64,000 bases of DNA, taken from positions 384,001-448,000 of the forward strand of contig CAXXSL010000016.1 in NCBI GenBank assembly GCA_963675525.2, in the 5' to 3' direction. The translations under genes were made by a program, and so were the position numbers. The notes under the pieces were generated by a model, which saw only the letters and a program-made list of their open reading frames with translations, searched no databases and had not been told where the DNA came from. Positions 49,873 to 59,844 of this stretch are shown here, piece after piece; position 1 is the stretch's first letter, and each line of letters begins with the position of its first letter. The stretch comes from Anaerohalosphaeraceae bacterium (GTDB lineage: Bacteria > Planctomycetota > Phycisphaerae > Sedimentisphaerales > Anaerohalosphaeraceae).

Positions 49873-50478
49873 ATGTCCAGTGAAACATCATTGAATAAAA
49901 CATTTTTCGCCGGGATCTGGGATAACAACCCGGTGCTTCGGCTGCTGTTGGGAATGTGCCCGACGCTGGCGGTCACCGCGGCGGTTAAGCCGGCATTAAC
50001 CATGGGGCTGAGCGTTATTTTTGTACTGCTCTTTTCGAACATCGTCGTCAGCTTGCTGCGGCATCAGTTGAAACCGCACGTGCGCATCCTGATGTTTACC
50101 CTGACCATCGCCACAGCGGTCACCATTGCGGATTTGGCGCTGAAGGCGTACCTCCCGGAGATGAGCGACAAACTGGGGCCGTATATCCCACTGATCATCG
50201 TCAACTGTATCATCATCGGCCGGGCCGAAGCCTGTGCCAGCAAGAACGGTCTTGTTGTCAGTATTGTTGACGCCATTGGCATGGGACTTGGCTTCACCAT
50301 CACCCTGTGCGTGCTGGCGGGGATCCGTGAACTGCTGGCAACGGGTAAGATTTTCGAGGCCCAGGTCATGCCGGATGCATTTGTGCCGTGGGCCGGGATG
50401 GGAATGCCGGTCGGTGCGTTTATCACACTGGGCCTGCTGCTGGGACTGGTGAATATTGTCAGCCGGAAAAAAGCTTAA
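49873..50478 (+). CDS. rnfE: Rnf complex subunit E
   Basis: NPVLRLLLGMCPTLAVT, PLIIVNCIIIGRAEA. Confidence 0.95.
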   Translation: MSSETSLNKTFFAGIWDNNPVLRLLLGMCPTLAVTAAVKPALTMGLSVIFVLLFSNIVVSLLRHQLKPHVRILMFTLTIATAVTIADLALKAYLPEMSDKLGPYIPLIIVNCIIIGRAEACASKNGLVVSIVDAIGMGLGFTITLCVLAGIRELLATGKIFEAQVMPDAFVPWAGMGMPVGAFITLGLLLGLVNIVSRKKA

Positions 50479-50515
50479 AATTGTAAATTGCAGATTGTAA
50501 ATTGAAAGAATAAGA

Positions 50516-51106
50516 ATGGATACGTTACAAACACTGCTGTTGGGATTTATCGGGATTGTTATCGTTAATAACCTGGTATTCACAAAGTTCCTGGGCATCT
50601 GTCCGTACCTGGGTGTGTCAGGCCGGATTGACATGGCGTTTGGTATGGGATTGGCGGTTACATTTGTTGTTACGCTGGCCGGAACCCTGACATGGTTTAT
50701 CGACCATGTGTTCTTAATGCAATTCGGGCTGGAAGTCATGCGGTATCTGTGCTTCATTCTCGTCATCGCCGGTGCGGTGCAGTTAGTGGAGATGTATCTG
50801 CGGAAATTCTTCCCGGCGCTGTACGAAAGCTTCGGTATTTTTCTGCCGTTGATCACTACGAACTGTGCGATTCTAGGGCTGTGCCTGTTCATTAACCTGT
50901 GGGGCATCGATAACCTGCTGGAAGCGGTGGTTTTAAGCTTTGGGGCAGGGATCGGCTTTACCATCGCCATCTGTATTATGGCGGGCATTCGAGAGAATCT
51001 GCAACTAGCGGATGTACCGGAATGCCTGAAAGGTGCACCGATCACGCTGATTACGGCGGGAATTTTGACGCTGGCATTTATGGGCTTTGCGGGAATGATT
51101 CGATAA
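50516..51106 (+). CDS. rnfA: Rnf complex subunit A
   Basis: NNLVFTKFLGICPYLG, GIFLPLITTNCAILG. Confidence 0.95.
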   Translation: MDTLQTLLLGFIGIVIVNNLVFTKFLGICPYLGVSGRIDMAFGMGLAVTFVVTLAGTLTWFIDHVFLMQFGLEVMRYLCFILVIAGAVQLVEMYLRKFFPALYESFGIFLPLITTNCAILGLCLFINLWGIDNLLEAVVLSFGAGIGFTIAICIMAGIRENLQLADVPECLKGAPITLITAGILTLAFMGFAGMIR

Positions 51107-51191
51107 TCGACGATTTTCGATTGACGATGGACGAAGTATTCAATCGTCAATCGTCCTTCGTCAATAAACTTTACATATAGGAAATAAGAGC

Positions 51192-52079
51192 ATGATTAGT
51201 ATAATACTTTCAGGAATAATAAATGAGGCCTGGCCGGCGGCGGTGCTGGCGCTGGGGTTGGCTTCGGTGTTTGCATTGATTCTGCTGGTTGCCAGTATTA
51301 AGCTGAAAGTGGAAATCGACCCCAAAGTTGAAGAAGTCCATAAAGCCCTGCCGAATATCGATTGCGGCGCCTGCGGATTCGCCGGTTGCGGCTCGTATGC
51401 CAAGGCGATCGTCGCCGACCCGGATTTGCTGGGTAAATGCGCTCCCGGCGGCCGCGATACCTCTAATGCTATCGCGAAAATACTGAATCTGCAGATGTCC
51501 GGCAGCGGCGCCCCGATGCGGCCGGTTATCCATTGCCGCGCCTGCGAGCAAGACAAAACCTATTTTGCCGAATACGACGGCATCAGCGGCTGCACAAGTG
51601 CCAATGCCCAGCCGAACGTGCAGGCGTGTGCCTTCGGGTGCCTGGGGTTCGGGGGTTGTGTCCGCCGGTGTAAGTTCGACGCCATTCAGATTATCGATGG
51701 TCTGGCGGTGGTGGATTATGAAAAATGCACCGGCTGCGGAGCGTGCGTCGCCGGCTGTCCGCGATTTTTAATTGAGATGGTACCGTTTACACAGGATATC
51801 GTGATGACCGTCGCCTGCAGCAGTAAGGAAAACGGCAAGAACACCCGCACCTTCTGCAAGGTCGGCTGTATCGGCTGCGGGATGTGCGCCAAACAAAGCG
51901 ACCTGTTCGGCGTAACCGACAACGTGGCGCGGATAGATTTTTCGAAATATGAATTGTCGGAAGCCGCACAAACGGCGATGGATAAGTGCCCCACCGGCAG
52001 TATCGTCTTCCGCGGCAAAAACGCCCCCGCTGACAGACCCGCCGGACAAAAAGCAAAACCCGTCGCGGCGAAAGCATAA
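51192..52079 (+). CDS. rnfB: Rnf complex subunit B
   Basis: LPNIDCGACGFAGC, CAPGG, several ferredoxin CxxCxxC motifs. Confidence 0.94.
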   Translation: MISIILSGIINEAWPAAVLALGLASVFALILLVASIKLKVEIDPKVEEVHKALPNIDCGACGFAGCGSYAKAIVADPDLLGKCAPGGRDTSNAIAKILNLQMSGSGAPMRPVIHCRACEQDKTYFAEYDGISGCTSANAQPNVQACAFGCLGFGGCVRRCKFDAIQIIDGLAVVDYEKCTGCGACVAGCPRFLIEMVPFTQDIVMTVACSSKENGKNTRTFCKVGCIGCGMCAKQSDLFGVTDNVARIDFSKYELSEAAQTAMDKCPTGSIVFRGKNAPADRPAGQKAKPVAAKA

Positions 52080-52110
52080 ACCACGGATAACGCGGATTGA
52101 CGTCCTGCCT

Positions 52111-52180
52111 GTCATACCCGCGCAGGCGGGTATCCAGCGTAAAGTTGAATCTATAGATTCCCGCCTCCGCGGGAATGACA
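52111..52180. repeat. Inverted pair of dRS3-like palindromes after rnfB
   Basis: gtcatacccgcgcaggcgggtatccag ... tagattcccgcctccgcgggaatgac. Confidence 0.75.
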
Positions 52181-52212
52181 AATTTCAAAGCTGATTAATA
52201 TTGAGTCGTTTT

Positions 52213-52692
52213 TTACAAATTACTTTCAATTATTTGACGGGTTGACAAGTCCGCATCTTCTCCATCGCCCCCCAAGAAACCGTCTGCCCCCAAACTAATT
52301 ATTTCAAAGGGAGGCTTTGAACGGGGGCGACTCACGTAGATATATTCATTGCCCCAATCATCTTTTGGAACTTCATTGTTTTCAAAATAGCCGTCCATAG
52401 CCCAACCCTGAGCATTTTCAGGTTGGTGAACTAAGACTTCTAATCCCTCTTTCTGAGTGGGATAACGCCCCGTATCTAATTTAAACATGTTCACTGCTGT
52501 ATATAATGAATACAACTCTGCCCTTGTTTTATCACTTTTTTTTGTTACGCATTCCCCCATACATAAATCCAAGACAATGATAACTGATACAACAATAAGC
52601 AATAGTATCATGGAAGTGTATAATAGAGCTTTTTTAAAATTTATCCGCATAAAGGTCTCAAACATTGTCCGATTTAATATATATTTGGACAA
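52213..52692 (-). CDS. GspG-like (T2SS major pseudopilin) domain protein; start uncertain
   Basis: FKLDTGRYPTQKEGLEVLV, VPKDDWGNEYIY, ISLGADG..GGDGEDAD; no GFTLIE prepilin site. Confidence 0.8.
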   Translation of the reverse strand: MSKYILNRTMFETFMRINFKKALLYTSMILLLIVVSVIIVLDLCMGECVTKKSDKTRAELYSLYTAVNMFKLDTGRYPTQKEGLEVLVHQPENAQGWAMDGYFENNEVPKDDWGNEYIYVSRPRSKPPFEIISLGADGFLGGDGEDADLSTRQIIESNL

Positions 52693-52778
52693 AAAGAGAC
52701 ATCGATTAGTTCCATGTTTTACTAAATTAATTTTCTGTAAAAATCAAAAACGAAGTTTAGTTTACGTCTTACTCCAAG

Positions 52779-53810
52779 CTAGTTTGTTTGGATATATTGT
52801 TCGGCTCCGGTTGTTTTTTCGAACGATGGTTTTTCGCTGTGTGGGATGAGGATGGCTTCGACGTCGGTGATGGATTCGATGAGGGCCATGCCTTTCTGGT
52901 CGCCCATGACACTGACGGTTGTTGACAGCGCGTCGGCGGCCATGGCGGTCGGGGCGATAATCGTCACACTCGAAAGACTCTGGGCACTGTCGGCGGTGGC
53001 GGGGTTAATAATATGGCTGTGTTTTTGGCTATCGATAATCACGAATCGCCTGTAGTCGCCGCTGGTGGCAACCGCCCTGCCATCCATTTTCAACTTCAAC
53101 AAAATGTTTTCATCCTTGGCCGGGTCCTGCAGGCCAATCAGCCAATGGGCAACGCTGTTGGCTGGCGTGCCGAAACAACGCAGGTTTCCGCCGATATCGA
53201 CCATGCCGCCTTTGAGGCCGGCTGTTTGGAGAATCTCAATCGCCCTGTCGACCGCATAACCTTTGCCAATGCCGCCCAAATCCAGAAACATGCCCTCTCT
53301 GGCGAAACGGACGGTTTTGTCCTCGGCATCAATGAACAGGTTGCCGCACCCGACCGCCTGCCGAGCCTGCTCTAACTGCTCCGGCGTCGGGGGCACACCT
53401 GTTTTCTTCGCCTGCCGCCAGAGCCGCACCACGGGCCCGACCGTAATGTCAAACGCCCCGCCGGAGATGCAACTGCACTCCATCGACGCACACAGTACCG
53501 CCAGCAGTTCATCCGTAACAGGGACGGGGGCTTCAAAGGCCTGCTGATTGACCTTTGACAGCAGCGAATCGGGGTCGTAATCGCTCATGCATTGTTCGAT
53601 GGCGTCTATTTTTTCAAAAGCGGCGTCAATCGCATCGCGCCCCTGCCGCTCGGTTTCGGCGACAGCCACTATCCGGGCAAAGGTTCCCATGACCTGCCGA
53701 TGGCCGCTGTCAACCGTGACCGGTGTCTGGGATTTGGGCCGACAGCCGGTTGGAACGACAAAACAAAACGCCAAAAAGAGGTAACATGCGGCCTGTAAAA
53801 AAAATCGCAT
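52779..53810 (-). CDS. apbE: FAD:protein FMN transferase (lipoprotein)
   Basis: Lipobox PTGC; VMGT, GAFDITVGP, DLGGIGKGYAVD, VATSGDYRR, HIINP, ADALST; start MRFFLQ at 53810. Confidence 0.93.
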   Translation of the reverse strand: MRFFLQAACYLFLAFCFVVPTGCRPKSQTPVTVDSGHRQVMGTFARIVAVAETERQGRDAIDAAFEKIDAIEQCMSDYDPDSLLSKVNQQAFEAPVPVTDELLAVLCASMECSCISGGAFDITVGPVVRLWRQAKKTGVPPTPEQLEQARQAVGCGNLFIDAEDKTVRFAREGMFLDLGGIGKGYAVDRAIEILQTAGLKGGMVDIGGNLRCFGTPANSVAHWLIGLQDPAKDENILLKLKMDGRAVATSGDYRRFVIIDSQKHSHIINPATADSAQSLSSVTIIAPTAMAADALSTTVSVMGDQKGMALIESITDVEAILIPHSEKPSFEKTTGAEQYIQTN

Positions 53811-53812
53811 TC

Positions 53813-53903
53813 TATCGCCCCTTCGGGGCTTAAAGAAGAGAGGGAGCCCTTCCTTCCGGGGGTTTACACCCCCGGCTATTATACTGTCACCCCTTCGGGG
53901 TTT
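53813..53903 (-). repeat. REP-like palindrome triplet, same family as 29081-29436
   Basis: On the - strand: aaaccccgaaggggtgac-agtataatag-ccgggggtgtaaacccccgg...agccccgaaggggcgat. Confidence 0.75.
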
Positions 53904-54127
53904 GGTGACGGTCGGGTGGCATGCCTTCTCCCGGCACGCCGGGAAAGGCATGGTTCGCAACGGTTTCCCATCGCTTTCCCGATACATCGGGAGAAACGAT
54001 GCCGCCCCGTTTGCATCGCACTGATGAAGAAAATCTGTCCTTTCGTTGGTTTGACGCATATAAAATTCCTGAATTTTATTGTCGGGTTCTGTTCAATTTC
54101 AACAAATTAAGGTATAATAAACACTTC

Positions 54128-54154
54128 TGGATTCCCGCCTTCGCGGGAATGACA
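54128..54154. repeat. dRS3-like palindrome in a 5' UTR
   Basis: tggattcccgccttcgcgggaatgaca just after TATAAT (54113-54118). Confidence 0.75.
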
Positions 54155-54186
54155 GAACAACGTTCTATTTGAAATTATAGGCCCCT

Positions 54187-55977
54187 ATGATACCCAAACA
54201 AGTAGGAATCGTAAAGGATGATATTGACCGGCAGTTTTTGCCGTTCGTCCGCAAGCCCGCGCGGTATATCGGCGGCGAGGTCAACCAGGTCAAAAAAGAC
54301 CTGTCCGGCTGTGATGTCCGCATTGCGCTATGCTTTCCGGACATTTACGAAATCGCGATGAGCTATAACGGGCTGGGCATCCTGTACGAAATCATCAATT
54401 CCCTTCCGGGCGTCTGTGCAGAACGGGTTTTTGCGCCGTGGCTGGACGCCGAAGATATTCTTCGCGAAAAGAATCTGCCACTGTTTACGCTGGAATCCTG
54501 CGCCGCCGTGCGGGATTTTGACATCATGGGATTCAGCCTGACCAACGAGCTGTGCTACACCAACCTGCTGAACATGCTGGATCTGGCAGGGATGGAGATT
54601 CGCACCGAAAATCGTACAGAAGATGATCCACTGGTGATTGTCGGCGGACAAGCGGCCAACTGTGCCGAGCCGCTGGCGGCCTTTGTTGACCTGTTCGTAC
54701 TGGGCGAAGGTGAAGAAGCCGTACTTGAGCTTATCAAACTGTACCGAACAATCAAATCGCAAGCGGGCAGCAAACAGGATTTTCTGCTGGAAGCGGCCCG
54801 ACGGTTTTCGTATGTGTATGTGCCGCAGTTTTACGATGTTTGCTCCGATGAAAATAATCCTTCTTACATAACACCCAAAGTTGACGGCTTACCGGTGCGG
54901 TTTGAAAATGCTATCGTGAAAGATTTTGACGCGGCACCGATCCCGGAAAAACCGATCATTCCCTTTGTGCAGGCGGTGCATGAACGTGTGAGTATTGAAA
55001 TCATGCGGGGTTGTCCGGGCCGGTGCCGATTCTGCCAGGCCAGTTTCTGCCGACGGCCGGTGCGGATTCGCAAGGTCGATACCATTGTTGAAGCGGCCAA
55101 AAAACAGTACGCGGCTACCGGCTATGACACTGTCAGCTTGTTGAGCTTGTCCACGGCTGACTATCCGCATCTGGATGAATTGCTGAAAGAACTGCATACG
55201 TTTTTTGAGCCCCGGCATGTGGGGGTGTCGGTGCCAAGTTTGAAAGTACAGAAACAATTACAGTTGTTGCCGGAGATGATGATCTCAGTGCGGAAAGGCG
55301 GGCTGACCATCGCGGTCGAAGCGGCCAGTGAAAAATTGCGAACACTCATCAACAAGCCGATTACGAACGAGGATTTATTCGCGGCAGTCCGAGCAGCATA
55401 CGAAGCCGGGTTTTTGAAGGTGAAGCTGTATTTCATGGTGGGCTTTCCGGATGAAACTGACGGGGATATCGTTCAAATCGTTGACCTGGCCTATCGAATT
55501 TCGTCGCTGCGAAAAGAGGTGGACGGAAAATTAGCCAATGTCAATGCCGCCGTCAGTTGGCTGGTTCCCAAACCGCACACGCCCTTCGGCTGGCTGGGGC
55601 AAAAAGACCGGGCTTATTTTGAGCACGCCAAAAAGCTGATTTGGCAGCGTAAAGATGAACTTCGTGCCAAATTTATCCGTTTTAAGTTCCACGAGATCGA
55701 CCGGAGTATTCTGGAGTCAGCCATGGGACGCGGGGACAGACGGTATGGCGATGTGATCGAGGCGGCGTGGCGAAAAGGGGCAAAATTTGACTTGTGGGAT
55801 GAGGGTTTTAACCTTACCATTTGGCAGGAAGCGTTTAAAGCCGCCGGAATGGAACTGGAACAGGAAGCCCAACAAGAATACGATTCAACACAGCGGCTGC
55901 CGTGGTCGCATCTCGGCGGGCCGCAAGAGGATTACTTATTGAAACACTATCACCAGGCAACAAACATTTTTGAGTGA
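54187..55977 (+). CDS. TIGR03960-like radical SAM protein
   Basis: VRKPARYIGGEVN, FPDIYEIAMS, EIMRGCPGRCRFCQA, KLYFMVGFP, VPKPHTPF. Confidence 0.9.
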   Translation: MIPKQVGIVKDDIDRQFLPFVRKPARYIGGEVNQVKKDLSGCDVRIALCFPDIYEIAMSYNGLGILYEIINSLPGVCAERVFAPWLDAEDILREKNLPLFTLESCAAVRDFDIMGFSLTNELCYTNLLNMLDLAGMEIRTENRTEDDPLVIVGGQAANCAEPLAAFVDLFVLGEGEEAVLELIKLYRTIKSQAGSKQDFLLEAARRFSYVYVPQFYDVCSDENNPSYITPKVDGLPVRFENAIVKDFDAAPIPEKPIIPFVQAVHERVSIEIMRGCPGRCRFCQASFCRRPVRIRKVDTIVEAAKKQYAATGYDTVSLLSLSTADYPHLDELLKELHTFFEPRHVGVSVPSLKVQKQLQLLPEMMISVRKGGLTIAVEAASEKLRTLINKPITNEDLFAAVRAAYEAGFLKVKLYFMVGFPDETDGDIVQIVDLAYRISSLRKEVDGKLANVNAAVSWLVPKPHTPFGWLGQKDRAYFEHAKKLIWQRKDELRAKFIRFKFHEIDRSILESAMGRGDRRYGDVIEAAWRKGAKFDLWDEGFNLTIWQEAFKAAGMELEQEAQQEYDSTQRLPWSHLGGPQEDYLLKHYHQATNIFE

Positions 55978-55981
55978 TGAT

Positions 55982-57094
55982 ATGGCGGAATCTAAGCTTC
56001 AAAAAATTCGAGTTTGTTTTGTCGCCCCCAAGGCGTACCCAATCTTCAATCCGGATATTCACAGCGTCTTCGGCGGCGCAGAGGTGGATCTGTACCTTCT
56101 GGCGACGGAGCTGGCCAAGGACCAGCAGTTTAACGTCAAATTTGTCGTCGGCGATTACGGCCAGCCAAACACCGAACAGCGGGAAGGGGTCACGCTGATC
56201 AAATCAGTGAATCCAAACAAAAATATGATTTTGCAGGGGGTAAAAGTCTGGAGGGCGCTTCGACAGGCGGACTGTGATGTTTACATGCATGAAGCCTGTT
56301 CGCTGGGTACCAGTATGATCGCGTTTTTCTGTAAATGGTACAATCGGAGTTTCGTTTATCGCACCGCCTCTTCACGTGAAGCAGACGGTTCCTGTTTTTC
56401 CGGCGTATCGCTGCGGAGATTTTTTGTCAAATGGGCCTTCCGGCGGGCAACTGTTTTCATCGTTCAAAACGAACAGGATGCGGTCAATGCAAAAAAAACC
56501 ATAAACAGAACCGCATTGGTGATTCGTAATGCCTGCCGGATTCATTCGACCGAAAACATTAAAAAATCCGGCGTTTTATGGGTTGGGCGAAGCAAGCACA
56601 TCAAACGGCCGGACCTGTTTATTCAACTGGCTAAAGCCTTACCTGATATTCCTTTTGTCATGATCTGTCAACAAACACTTGGTGACAGCCGATATCAGGA
56701 GCTGGTTGAAACGGCCGGGGCGGTCAGTAATCTGGAATTCATCAAACGAGTCCCTTTCCAGGAGATTGACAGATACTTCGAAAAGGCGATGGTATCGGTC
56801 AACACCAGCGATTCTGAGGGATTTCCCAATACATTCATTCAGTCGTGTAAGGCGGGAACCGCCATTCTGTCGCTCAATGTCAATCCGGACGGCTTTCTGA
56901 ATGAGCACCATTGCGGCTTTTGTGCGGAAGGAAACTGGGAGCTTTTTGTGGAAAGATTAAAAGAATGGACCCAGACAGATCAGGCCAAAGAGTCGGGGCT
57001 TCATGGAAAAGAATACATTCAATCACACCATGACATTACACGGATCATTAAACAATACAAAGAACTTTTCGTTAAAAGCACAGACATTCAGTAA
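55982..57094 (+). CDS. Glycosyltransferase family 4
   Basis: FGGAE, WVGR..IKRPD, NTSDSEGFPNTFIQS. Confidence 0.9.
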   Translation: MAESKLQKIRVCFVAPKAYPIFNPDIHSVFGGAEVDLYLLATELAKDQQFNVKFVVGDYGQPNTEQREGVTLIKSVNPNKNMILQGVKVWRALRQADCDVYMHEACSLGTSMIAFFCKWYNRSFVYRTASSREADGSCFSGVSLRRFFVKWAFRRATVFIVQNEQDAVNAKKTINRTALVIRNACRIHSTENIKKSGVLWVGRSKHIKRPDLFIQLAKALPDIPFVMICQQTLGDSRYQELVETAGAVSNLEFIKRVPFQEIDRYFEKAMVSVNTSDSEGFPNTFIQSCKAGTAILSLNVNPDGFLNEHHCGFCAEGNWELFVERLKEWTQTDQAKESGLHGKEYIQSHHDITRIIKQYKELFVKSTDIQ

Positions 57095-57096
57095 TT

Positions 57097-57945
57097 CTAA
57101 TCAACCTTTTCATCAATTGCTTTAAAAATAAAATTGTGTGTTTTCAAGGTATCGAGTGCGGTTTCCATTATTTTTTCTATCTCTTCCTTTTCGACACATC
57201 GACTGTCTTGTCTGCAGGTCCATGCCTGATAGCCATGTTTCCAGAAAATCTCGAATGTCTTCAGTAAGTTCGGATTAACCCCAACCCCTTCCGGTAAATG
57301 CTCTGTAACAGTTACCTCAATAATCCATACCGGTTTGGGCTTCATGTCAAGAAACGTCGAAGCTCCCTGCATGAGTTCGTACTCAGCGCCTTCAACATCA
57401 ATCAGCATTAAACACCGTTTCCCATTCAGTCTGCTGCCGATGACATTGTCCAATGTTGACACTGGAACCCACTGCCGGGAATACTCGGGTGTATTTGACC
57501 ATCCCTTGATCAGAGACGCCGCGGTGCCGCCGCCATAGATCTCGATCAGGCCGGTCTTATTGCTAAGCGCTATCGGGTAGACTTCAATGTCATTTTCCCA
57601 ACCATTGGAAGATATATTCTTGTAAAGATATTTTAAGTTAAGATCGATCGGCTCAAATGCCAGTGTTCGAATTTTCTGCTGTAACGCGATGCAGCAATAA
57701 TAACCTATATTGGCTCCAATGTTGACAAAGACATCCGTTGTCTTCAGGTATCGCTGAATTATTTCGGTTTCAGTTTTTTCAAAATGGCCGGACTCCATTG
57801 CGGAATTGCCAATCAGCTTAAACCCTAACGGGGTTTGCTTGGCCTCTTTAATCAATGCTTTACCGCTTCGAAAATCCCGGTAAAGTTTGGCAAGCCATGG
57901 ATAACGTTTCGCGACAGGCCTTAACACTGAATACACTATTTTCAT
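57097..57945 (-). CDS. FkbM-family SAM methyltransferase
   Basis: FVNIGANIGYY, AFEP, LIDVEGAE; ATGA overlap with the upstream gene. Confidence 0.9.
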   Translation of the reverse strand: MKIVYSVLRPVAKRYPWLAKLYRDFRSGKALIKEAKQTPLGFKLIGNSAMESGHFEKTETEIIQRYLKTTDVFVNIGANIGYYCCIALQQKIRTLAFEPIDLNLKYLYKNISSNGWENDIEVYPIALSNKTGLIEIYGGGTAASLIKGWSNTPEYSRQWVPVSTLDNVIGSRLNGKRCLMLIDVEGAEYELMQGASTFLDMKPKPVWIIEVTVTEHLPEGVGVNPNLLKTFEIFWKHGYQAWTCRQDSRCVEKEEIEKIMETALDTLKTHNFIFKAIDEKVD

Positions 57946-58760
57946 GCGGTTGCTCCTGTGATATACGTGGCCGGAATATCGTTCATTTGAGCCGCAGTTT
58001 CTGAAAACGAACTGCCATAGCTGCCGATTATTTTGGTTGTTTTTGAAAGGCACAGCAAATCAACCAGCGCGTCCTGAACCCCTTTTTGCGTATCGCGTGT
58101 GTATTCTTTGGGATACCAAATCACTCGATCTTCATACCGCTTTATAAACCGTGACATAACCTCAGGGCTGTCACTGGCCAAAAAGAACTTCACATTCGGA
58201 TGCTGTTGAATTTCCTGATCCATCGCATGTATGAAACCTTCCTCGGGACTGGACGCTTTGGCGATATGATGGTCCGCTCTCCGGACGTGTACCCCCACCG
58301 TATGGGATGCATAGCGTGCTGTGTAAGTCTCCACAATGGATCGAATGAACTCCGTGGGCTTATGCATCTGAAATTTTCGTTCGATCCGGCCAAATCGACT
58401 GCAACAAGTAATATAGACTGATCGATACCTGCCCAACTGCGTAAAATCGTATTTTTGTTCTCGCAAGCGATCCATTTGACTCTGAAAGATGACATGCTGA
58501 TATTTCATCCGAGCCATCCCATAGTCATATAAGAAAAATATGTTTTTCAGCAATTGGAAGGATGGACGCCGCACGGGTTTAATGTCAACAACAGTGGTAT
58601 TATCCGGCAGTTCAAATAATGAATGAAAACTACAGTTAAGATCCGGTGAAAGCGTCCAGAGGACTTTCAGAGGTTTATTCGTTAAACGTGACAAGACCAT
58701 ACCGGAATCGACCGATCGCAAACGATTGCACAGGCCGCCATTTGGTTTTAAGACGATCAT
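57942..58760 (-). CDS. Fucosyltransferase-like glycosyltransferase (GT11/GT23/O-FucT superfamily)
   Basis: GGLCNRL, VGVHVRRAD, FFLASDS, DLLCLS..IIGS..SSFS. Confidence 0.8.
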   Translation of the reverse strand: MIVLKPNGGLCNRLRSVDSGMVLSRLTNKPLKVLWTLSPDLNCSFHSLFELPDNTTVVDIKPVRRPSFQLLKNIFFLYDYGMARMKYQHVIFQSQMDRLREQKYDFTQLGRYRSVYITCCSRFGRIERKFQMHKPTEFIRSIVETYTARYASHTVGVHVRRADHHIAKASSPEEGFIHAMDQEIQQHPNVKFFLASDSPEVMSRFIKRYEDRVIWYPKEYTRDTQKGVQDALVDLLCLSKTTKIIGSYGSSFSETAAQMNDIPATYITGATA

Positions 58761-58851
58761 AAGATGTAACCCAAAAGTCGTTTAATCATATCATCCATCG
58801 TACTTTAAGTCATCTATTCACGATGCCATTCTAACGCCGATCATGCTGCAT

Positions 58852-59835
58852 TTAAGAAGGACGGCGTGTGACACGGCGGCGTAATCTCAATGCACGGACG
58901 ATTCGTGAAACGCATCTCAATCCCCCGGCCGTCAGACGGGGAAATACTGTCAGACCATATATCAAAACGCGATAACAAACAGAAAAGGACCGTGGGAACC
59001 GCCTGAGTAATTCGCGAATTTCTGATCTTTTGCCCTTAAACAGCATGCTGCGAATCCACCGCCGCATCATGAATGCCGCGGCCGGTTGGAATTGCTCAAG
59101 CATCCCTTCTTTTCGAGACAATTCAATATGCCGCTGAATAAAGTCTGCGTAAAGCCCCGTTATTCTGGCCTGTTTCATCAGGCTGTTTTCAGATGAAAGA
59201 TGGTGGATCGCTAACGGAATCGCCGAGAAACCCACTGTTGGATAATGATAGGCAATCCGCAGCCATAGATCAATATCTTCAGCAATCGGAAGGTTTGTAT
59301 CAAATGTCCCGACTGCATCAAAGACTTTTTTTTGTATTAACATACAATCAGTATGTCCCCATTGATACACTTGTATCGCCCGGAAATAACTTTCAAAAAA
59401 GCCTGCTCCCTTAAGAAACCCGGCACATTCCGGTAAAGCGGTATGTTCGGCTCGTCGTTCTTCATCACACAGGCATTCGAGATAGTTACCGGTTGTCCAG
59501 GCTAATTCCGGATGGGTTATCAAATTCTGCGTCTGGATCTCAATTTTATCTGGCAGCCATTCGTCATCGGCATCGAGGAAGGCGATCCAGTCCCCTTTTG
59601 CGGCCTTGATCCCCGCATTTCGTGCGGCGCTAACGCCGGCATTTTCCTGATACATATAGCAAACGCGATCGCCGTACCCCTTGACAACCTGAGCCGTATT
59701 ATCCGTCGAACCGTCATCGACAATGACAATCTCACCAACCGGGCAGGTTTGATTCAGCACACTGTCAATCGCACGTGCGACATACTCTTGACAGTTATAA
59801 GCAGGGATCACCACACTGATTGTCACTGACTGCAT
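58852..59835 (-). CDS. Glycosyltransferase family 2
   Basis: SVVIPAYN, VDDGSTD, NAGVSAARN, FLDADD, EDIDLW. Confidence 0.93.
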   Translation of the reverse strand: MQSVTISVVIPAYNCQEYVARAIDSVLNQTCPVGEIVIVDDGSTDNTAQVVKGYGDRVCYMYQENAGVSAARNAGIKAAKGDWIAFLDADDEWLPDKIEIQTQNLITHPELAWTTGNYLECLCDEERRAEHTALPECAGFLKGAGFFESYFRAIQVYQWGHTDCMLIQKKVFDAVGTFDTNLPIAEDIDLWLRIAYHYPTVGFSAIPLAIHHLSSENSLMKQARITGLYADFIQRHIELSRKEGMLEQFQPAAAFMMRRWIRSMLFKGKRSEIRELLRRFPRSFSVCYRVLIYGLTVFPRLTAGGLRCVSRIVRALRLRRRVTRRPS

Positions 59836-59844
59836 ACCGAAGCC

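Noticed and set aside
53866..53882. Third target site for the IS110 guide
   Set aside because: Same REP family but reads cccccggCTatta; it mismatches the ttgtag guide and two positions of the left guide
53811..54059. N-terminal extension of apbE in the ORF track
   Set aside because: It reads through a REP triplet; the lipoprotein signal starts at ATG 53810
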